A DNA stretch of 64,000 bases from a virus. The translations under genes and the position numbers were made by a program. Every line of letters starts with the position of its first letter. The first letter of the stretch is position 1. Of the stretch, positions 58,060 to 64,000 are shown piece by piece. Below the pieces are notes generated by a model. It was not told where the DNA came from. It saw only the letters and a list, made by a program, of their open reading frames with translations, and did not search any database. Where the stretch lies: IMG/VR virus record IMGVR_UViG_3300025168_000036, one strand, 5' to 3'.

Positions 58060-59418
58060 TTAAGATGGTTCCTCATTAAGCTCCTGAAATTTATTTTTAA
58101 GTAATTTTCTGGTTGTCTCCTCATGATTATCCATTTTATGCTGAACCTCCTTACCTTGTACTGATGATTGTGCAAATATCTCTATGTGTCCGTTACTTGC
58201 ATTCATCTTACTTGGTAGTGTAATTCCATCTGGTCCAAATCTATTCTTAATTACATGCCATCTTCCTGTTCCATCGACCTTGTCTTCTATCTTTCTACTT
58301 AAAGAAACTACAAAGTCTGCTGTCATAATTTTACTATATGATTCAGCAATTTTATCTGCCTGTATTATGTCTTCTTGCAATGCAGACCTATTTGCTTGAG
58401 ATGCAGTCCATACTGGTATCTCTTGTTCTCCTGCTAGGCCTCTTAAGTCTTCATAGATATTACCTAGCTGTATTCTTAGCTCAGTTGTTTTGCCTTGACC
58501 TCTTAATAGATCTGCGTAGTCAACTATAACAAGGTCTGGGTTTATTCCTTGCATCCTACATCTTTCAATATGACCTGCAATTGTACTTACAGATGCACCT
58601 TTTGTAGGATAGTATTTTACTATAAGATTTCCTGTTAGTTTTTCAACAGTCTCTTTTACCTCATCTATATTATACTTTAAGTTTTGTGCTGCAATGCCTG
58701 TAAATACACTATCATATCTTAATCCTACATATGCCTCATTTAGCTCAAGTGTATAGTGTAATACTGTCTTTCCTGCCTTAACTGCATTTGCAGCAACATT
58801 AACCAATGCCCAAGACTTACCAATACCTGCAGGGGCAACCATAACTCCTAGTTCGCCTTTACCTAAGCCTCCATCTGCCAATTCATCTATTACATCCCAA
58901 CCAGTAGTACAAGTATTTCTTACTGACTCAGAGTATCTGTCATCAATATTTTCCATATACTCATGCCCCAGGTTTCTTTCTGCACCAGCCTTCATTGCAT
59001 CATCAATTAGCTGCTTTATTGAGTCATATTCACCACCTTTTAGTAGATCAACAGACTTAACAATTGCATTCTTTAGATTCTGATTTTTACAGAAGTCTAG
59101 TGTTTGCTCCTTAACAAAGTCAAGATCCTCTGCACCAATATATCTATAAACATCTTTTAGATGAGATATCACAGTCTCCTTTAGGACATCATTATCTATC
59201 TCTGTCACCTTTACCTTAAGTACCTCTTTTGTTGGTACTCCTTTATACTCAGCAAAATAATCTCTTATAACATCTACCAAAAACTTATTTGCATCATTCT
59301 CAAAGAATTCAGAACTTAATATGTCTATGATCTGCTGAGTAAATGCTTTGTCAGTAAATAGGCAAGTCAATACCTTTATCTGAAACGCATATCCGTATTC
59401 TGATAGTTTATTGCTCAT
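58060..59418 (-). CDS. dnaB: replicative DNA helicase (DnaB/gp41-like)
   Basis: APAGIGKS, TLEL, VDYADL, TASQANR, KNRFG. Confidence 0.93.
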   Translation of the reverse strand: MSNKLSEYGYAFQIKVLTCLFTDKAFTQQIIDILSSEFFENDANKFLVDVIRDYFAEYKGVPTKEVLKVKVTEIDNDVLKETVISHLKDVYRYIGAEDLDFVKEQTLDFCKNQNLKNAIVKSVDLLKGGEYDSIKQLIDDAMKAGAERNLGHEYMENIDDRYSESVRNTCTTGWDVIDELADGGLGKGELGVMVAPAGIGKSWALVNVAANAVKAGKTVLHYTLELNEAYVGLRYDSVFTGIAAQNLKYNIDEVKETVEKLTGNLIVKYYPTKGASVSTIAGHIERCRMQGINPDLVIVDYADLLRGQGKTTELRIQLGNIYEDLRGLAGEQEIPVWTASQANRSALQEDIIQADKIAESYSKIMTADFVVSLSRKIEDKVDGTGRWHVIKNRFGPDGITLPSKMNASNGHIEIFAQSSVQGKEVQHKMDNHEETTRKLLKNKFQELNEEPS

Positions 59419-60469
59419 TTTTGTCCTCTACTATTGAATATGAATCTAAGCCTTTCCATGTATCTTGAAGCCAAAACTCTGGGTTCTTCATTGTACTATT
59501 TATTCTGTCCTCTAAGAACATTTTTAGGAATTCAAACTTTATAAGCCTTTGTATTGGCCTTTTTACTATATCCATAATAGAAGTTTTAGCATATCCAGAT
59601 ATATCAACCTCTCTTAGTTGCATTAGATCAAAATTAAGCTCTATCTTCTTTGATTGTTCTGATATATCTTTTAAGACTTTTGCCTCATCTTTGTGGTCTT
59701 CTGCATAGCTAATAATATCTTGAACGCTAATTTTCTTGTCCTCAAATATTATTGGTAATCTTTTCTGTAGAGTTTTAAGGCCACAACCTTTAATACCTGG
59801 AATATTATCTGAGCTGTCACCTAGTAGTGTTCTATATTCCAAAAAGTTCTTTGCCGGTACCTTAAATTCCTCAAGTATTGTTTCCTCAAAGTAAAACTTT
59901 TTCTTTGTAGGGGACCAAACCTGAACCTTATCATTTACAAGCTGCAAATAATCTTTATCTGTAGACATTATAAATTTCTGAGAATTAGGGTATATTTGTT
60001 CACATATATAAGCTATTGCATCATCTGCTTCTATGTTCTCTGTTGCTAATACAGTAACTGGTAGTGTTTCTAAGTATTGTGTGAGCCTTTTTATTTGTTG
60101 GCCCATTGCAATTGACTCATCGCTAACATTTCCATAATTAGACATCCTAGTTAGTCTTGTCCTAACTTTTCTATTTGCTTTATAGTCTGGAAATATCTTC
60201 CTACGTTTTGCAGATCCTCCTTTTCCATCCCAGCATATAATAACTCTAGTAGGCTTAATATTCCTTACAGCATAACCTACGGATTGAAGGAAGCCAGTCA
60301 TACCACCTACATGTACACCATCATCATTTGAGCTGGGGTTAACAGCAAAGCTTCTGATAAATGTATTTAGTCCATCAATTAGTAGAATCCTACTATTTTT
60401 GTGAGTCTCCTCAGTGGCCTTTTTTAGACCGTCAAGTATCCTAAAATACCTTTCTCTTCTTTCATCCAT
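59408..60469 (-). CDS. 5'-3' exonuclease / RNase H (T4 RNase H or Pol I N-terminal-like)
   Basis: IDGLN, YKANR, EADD, DKDYLQ, GDSSDNIPG. Confidence 0.92.
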   Translation of the reverse strand: MDERRERYFRILDGLKKATEETHKNSRILLIDGLNTFIRSFAVNPSSNDDGVHVGGMTGFLQSVGYAVRNIKPTRVIICWDGKGGSAKRRKIFPDYKANRKVRTRLTRMSNYGNVSDESIAMGQQIKRLTQYLETLPVTVLATENIEADDAIAYICEQIYPNSQKFIMSTDKDYLQLVNDKVQVWSPTKKKFYFEETILEEFKVPAKNFLEYRTLLGDSSDNIPGIKGCGLKTLQKRLPIIFEDKKISVQDIISYAEDHKDEAKVLKDISEQSKKIELNFDLMQLREVDISGYAKTSIMDIVKRPIQRLIKFEFLKMFLEDRINSTMKNPEFWLQDTWKGLDSYSIVEDKNEQ

Positions 60470-60488
60470 AAATTATAACCTTTTTATT

Positions 60489-61613
60489 TTATCCCGTAGG
60501 GACATCATCATTACCAATTACGATATCATCAATACCAAATTCATCTGCCTTATAGTTCATAACAAGAGCATCACAAATCATCTTATAGATTCTCTTTTTA
60601 TTAACATCATCCTTTAGTACTCTTGATTCGAAGTCCTTAGACTGGAACTTAATTTCTTCATTTGTTTCTGGGTCTGTATAAGTGTACCATGCACCAGATA
60701 CTGTGACTAGTTTATAGTCTTTTAGTACCTGTAGCCATCCACCTATGTCATCTACACCAGATTCAAAGAATATGTTAAACTCAGCAGTCCTTAATGGTGG
60801 TCCCATTCTGTTTTTTACAACAACACACTTAGTCTTAATTCCAATAACCTGTTCTTTGCCATTAACCTTAGCCTTAATTTGGCCTGCAGCCTTTAACCTC
60901 AACCTACAACTTGCATGGAATTGTAGTGCCTTTCCACCACTTGTTGTCCAAGGGTCTCCAAACATTACTCCAAGCTTTTGCCTAAGCTGATTAGTAAATA
61001 CACATGCAACTCTTTGTCTACCAATAAGGTTTGTAATTTTCCTCATTGCCTTAGACATTACAATTGCCTTTCCAGTAGACCAACCGTCCTTATCATAGTC
61101 TGCTGACTGTTCAACTCTTGTGGTTGCAGCTGCAATTGAATCTACAACTATAGTTACTAGCTTATCCTTATTAGATTCCCTAGCTTTTATAATAATAGTT
61201 TCCATTACCTCAAATATATCCTCAACTGTTTCCAGCTGAACATATAACATTTTTGATACATCTATTCCAATTGCTCTTAAGAACTCTTCATTCATAGCAT
61301 TTTCAGTATCAATATAGACTGCAGTACCACCTTGCTTTTGTGTATTAGCCAAGAGATGGGCAGAAAGCAGTGACTTACCACTTGCTTCCATACCCGTTAT
61401 CTCAGTTATTCTACCTACTGGTATTCCACCATGAGGTCTATTGGCAATAGCTAGGTCAAGAACAGAAGAGCCTGTACTTATCCATTCAGTTAGATCTGTA
61501 GGTGTATCCTCAGATCCATCCAAGAAATAAGCAACCTTAAAGTCCTTAAACTTTTTATTTAGTGAGTCAGCAAGCACAGTTGCCAAATCATCTCTTTTGT
61601 TTTTCTTAGCCAT
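60489..61613 (-). CDS. recA: RecA/UvsX recombinase
   Basis: GMEASGKS, IDTE, VDSIAA, NQLR, TTSGGKAL.F, KNR. Confidence 0.95.
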   Translation of the reverse strand: MAKKNKRDDLATVLADSLNKKFKDFKVAYFLDGSEDTPTDLTEWISTGSSVLDLAIANRPHGGIPVGRITEITGMEASGKSLLSAHLLANTQKQGGTAVYIDTENAMNEEFLRAIGIDVSKMLYVQLETVEDIFEVMETIIIKARESNKDKLVTIVVDSIAAATTRVEQSADYDKDGWSTGKAIVMSKAMRKITNLIGRQRVACVFTNQLRQKLGVMFGDPWTTSGGKALQFHASCRLRLKAAGQIKAKVNGKEQVIGIKTKCVVVKNRMGPPLRTAEFNIFFESGVDDIGGWLQVLKDYKLVTVSGAWYTYTDPETNEEIKFQSKDFESRVLKDDVNKKRIYKMICDALVMNYKADEFGIDDIVIGNDDVPTG

Positions 61614-61623
61614 GTATTACCTC

Positions 61624-62382
61624 TTAGTTTTTGTCATTAAATAAGTCATCAAATGCATCACCAATATCATCTTTCTTTTCAACACCTGCAGGTGCAGCAG
61701 CTACTTGTGCTGGTTGAGAAGATTCCTCTTCGCCTCCATCAAGCCAAGTTTGTAGTGCAGCCTTCATTGTATCATAGTCTACTTTTTTATAGATATCAAA
61801 GATGTCTTGTTGACCATTCATGATCTTATCAGCAATGTTTTTATCTTCAGTTGCTGGTGTCTGATTTGGTTTTACCATGATAGTAGTCTTAGGGAACCTT
61901 TCAGCTCCTTCAGCTGGATGAAAAGTCACCACTACATCTCTACCACTATTAACATCTGTGATGTCACCATAGTCAGGATCAGCTATAAATTGTAATAACT
62001 CTTGGTAAACAGTTTTACCAAATCCCCATAGCTTTACACCTTCTGATTCTGCACCTCTTACCAATACTGGTAGATAACATCTCATTTTAGGTTCCATTTT
62101 CTTTCCTAATTTCCAATCATCTCTATTACCCGATGATTTTAGTTTCTCAGAAAATTCTACTACTGGGTCAGTTTCACCAAATGTTACTGGTGATAAATAG
62201 TTTTTCTTTCCTAAGTCATAATGAAAATACATTTCTATGAATGGATTATCTTTATTAAATTGGTAAGGTACTATTCTTACTTGGTTTTTGCCTGGATCAG
62301 GCTTCCAAAGATTATTTGTTCTAGTCGTTTGACTTTGTAAATTGTTGAGCTTAGCTCGGATTGCATTTAGATCAATTGCCAT
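61624..62382 (-). CDS. single-stranded DNA-binding protein (gp32-like)
   Basis: VRIVP, WGFGK, DYGDITD..GRD, acidic C-terminal tail DDLF. Confidence 0.8.
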   Translation of the reverse strand: MAIDLNAIRAKLNNLQSQTTRTNNLWKPDPGKNQVRIVPYQFNKDNPFIEMYFHYDLGKKNYLSPVTFGETDPVVEFSEKLKSSGNRDDWKLGKKMEPKMRCYLPVLVRGAESEGVKLWGFGKTVYQELLQFIADPDYGDITDVNSGRDVVVTFHPAEGAERFPKTTIMVKPNQTPATEDKNIADKIMNGQQDIFDIYKKVDYDTMKAALQTWLDGGEEESSQPAQVAAAPAGVEKKDDIGDAFDDLFNDKN

Positions 62383-62398
62383 TTTCTTCTCCTTTTAA

Positions 62399-62572
62399 TT
62401 ATTTATTATTTTTAATTTCTTGCACATTTAATCTTAACTCTTGTGCTTGAGCCTTTAGTTCTTGCATTGCCTTTCTAATTCTTGTTCCTGCTGACATATT
62501 TCCATTATTGAATTTGTCAACATCTGTTAGAATGTTAGTTAGGGTCGCTTGGATGTTTTCTGTTGAAACCAT
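62399..62572 (-). CDS. Hc1-like histone H1-like protein (57 aa, not in ORF track)
   Basis: hand translation ...DVDKFNNGNMSAGTRIRKAMQELKAQAQELR...; AGGAG SD. Confidence 0.8.
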   Translation of the reverse strand: MVSTENIQATLTNILTDVDKFNNGNMSAGTRIRKAMQELKAQAQELRLNVQEIKNNK

Positions 62573-62631
62573 GTTTTTCTCCTGTTTTTGTTATTAATTA
62601 TTGATTATTGTTTAATATAATAAAAATTTCC

Positions 62632-63654
62632 TTAACTTGAAACTTTTACTAAGCTTTTTTCGTATTTATTTAAGTATCCTAATACTGCAACCTCTTTATG
62701 TTTTGCCTCGACAACAACATCTATATCAAGACCATAGTCATATATTTCATCTACGATAAGATCTGAATGAGCTTGTACTTTTATTTTATTTGCTTCCTTA
62801 TACAGCTTTTCCATTGTTGGAAATTCACCAATATTATTTAGTGTTATATTACTTTTATTTAAGAACTCTTCTACGATGAGTGTTTGTTCTTTTCTGCGTG
62901 ATTCTGAGTAGTGAGTGCATTGCTTTACTCCAGGTGGCCAAGTAGATGCAGCCAATTTTAGAGCCTCCTCTTCTGATAATTCACCTGGACAGAATTTATG
63001 GTGGTGATAGTCGAATACAATTGGGATACCAACACGTTCATATACACTGTAATATAGATCATGGACTGAATACATAGATGCTTTGTCATCATTTTCCACA
63101 GTGAGCCTTGCTTGAACAGATGGTGACGTCCTTAGGTAATTTTTACAGAATCTGTCTAGTGCAGACTTTTTATCACCGTATGCACCACCAATATGTATAT
63201 TTATCTTTGACATGCGAGATTTAGGTAGCCCCATAAGATCCATAATTTCTGCATTTTTATCCAATTCTCCAATAGCAGCATCTACAACATCTGGATTAGG
63301 TGATGCCAATACACAAAACTGGCCTGGGTGGAATGATAGTCTTTGACCATATTTTTTAGCCAATGAGCCTGCACCGCTGAGTAATGTACATATTTTTTTG
63401 TAGTCTGGTAGGTCTGAAAAATTATAGTGTGACATCCAAGGGAATATATCTGATGGCATTCTGTATACCTTGATTCCGTTGTTATGATTCCACTTAATAA
63501 TTTCAATTAGTCCTTTTACATTTTCGACACATAGCTCTGATACATATGGGAGTCCTTTTGTGTCAAATGTTCTTTTTATAAGGCCACGTTTTGCGTGAAT
63601 GCCTTCCTTACGTAGTTGCATATTTATACATGCGTATCCTAGTTGTTTTGCCAT
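62632..63654 (-). CDS. uvsE: UV damage endonuclease
   Basis: LGYACIN, RLSFHPGQF, HIGG, VENDD, FDYHHH, HSD, EAK. Confidence 0.95.
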   Translation of the reverse strand: MAKQLGYACINMQLRKEGIHAKRGLIKRTFDTKGLPYVSELCVENVKGLIEIIKWNHNNGIKVYRMPSDIFPWMSHYNFSDLPDYKKICTLLSGAGSLAKKYGQRLSFHPGQFCVLASPNPDVVDAAIGELDKNAEIMDLMGLPKSRMSKINIHIGGAYGDKKSALDRFCKNYLRTSPSVQARLTVENDDKASMYSVHDLYYSVYERVGIPIVFDYHHHKFCPGELSEEEALKLAASTWPPGVKQCTHYSESRRKEQTLIVEEFLNKSNITLNNIGEFPTMEKLYKEANKIKVQAHSDLIVDEIYDYGLDIDVVVEAKHKEVAVLGYLNKYEKSLVKVSS

Positions 63655-63677
63655 AGTTTAATATAATAAATTTTTAT

Positions 63678-64000
63678 TTATTTCCAAAACAATTGTACAC
63701 AAATTATACCAGCAGATAAAATTAGTGAAGTTATTGTTTTTAATGAAAGTCCTTCTCCCATAAATGCCCAAGTTAAAATTGCGTATGATGATATACCTAA
63801 AGCAAAGCCTAAGAATCTACCTGGCCATAATAAGCCGTCAAAGGATTCATATGCAAACTTTGTACCCATTATAAAACAGTATGAAATTGTTGTGCCACCT
63901 ACTAAAGATAGAATTAGTGGATTTTTCTGGAACCATGTCCAAAGGAATTGGCCATTTGTTTGGAACCAAATTAAGATTTGACCTGTTAGGAAGAACAGAA
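63678..64000 (-). CDS. multi-TM membrane protein (5' end outside the window)
   Basis: hydrophobic ORF; the reading frame appears to continue to the window edge. Confidence 0.55.
   Translation of the reverse strand, partial: LFFLTGQILIWFQTNGQFLWTWFQKNPLILSLVGGTTISYCFIMGTKFAYESFDGLLWPGRFLGFALGISSYAILTWAFMGEGLSLKTITSLILSAGIICVQLFWK

Noticed and set aside
1-64000. All plus-strand ORFs in the ORF track
   Set aside because: They are antisense shadows of clear minus-strand genes, with Ser/Leu/Ile-rich sequence and no motifs
1-64000. Stop-codon reassignment (alternative genetic code)
   Set aside because: Long conserved genes are intact in the standard code with dense packing, and the dnaE halves are in different frames, so readthrough would not join them
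1-64000. Bacterial chromosome origin for the window
   Set aside because: gp32-like SSB, T4-like exonuclease and helicase order, single-strand gene packing and many small orphans indicate a phage, although no capsid or terminase gene is in this window

Overview
A 64-kb, AT-rich segment of a large (jumbo-type) dsDNA phage genome. Essentially all credible genes lie on the minus strand. The host is probably in Bacteroidota/FCB, inferred from a T9SS C-terminal sorting domain protein, outer-membrane beta-barrels and an Hc1-like histone. Reading in transcription order (right to left): (1) a replication/repair block with UvsE, Hc1-like protein, gp32-like SSB, RecA, 5'-3' exonuclease, DnaB, NrdB/NrdA and CysK; (2) a nucleotide-metabolism block wrapped around an intein-less split DnaE, comprising an FAD oxidoreductase, a dNTP pyrophosphatase-HAD fusion, a dNMP kinase fused to a dCMP-hydroxymethylase-like ThyA fold, and two complementary degenerate ThyX paralogues; (3) GroES/GroEL; (4) an APS kinase/nucleotidyltransferase module and a ~13-kb glycan island (Gmd, Fcl, GT10, GT11, GT25, GT2, GT4, sulfotransferase); (5) candidate lysis genes and a T9SS cargo/OM-barrel cassette; (6) an array of proteins sharing an N-terminal MIKLxDILxE peptide, including ART-like and zeta-toxin-like proteins; (7) small accessory genes, VWA and MoxR AAA proteins, Hsp20, dCMP deaminase and MazG. 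The best candidates for undescribed systems are a cytosine-modification pathway with a heteromeric ThyX and an array of capsid-targeted, injected effectors. All product calls come from motif recognition by eye; no database searches were run.
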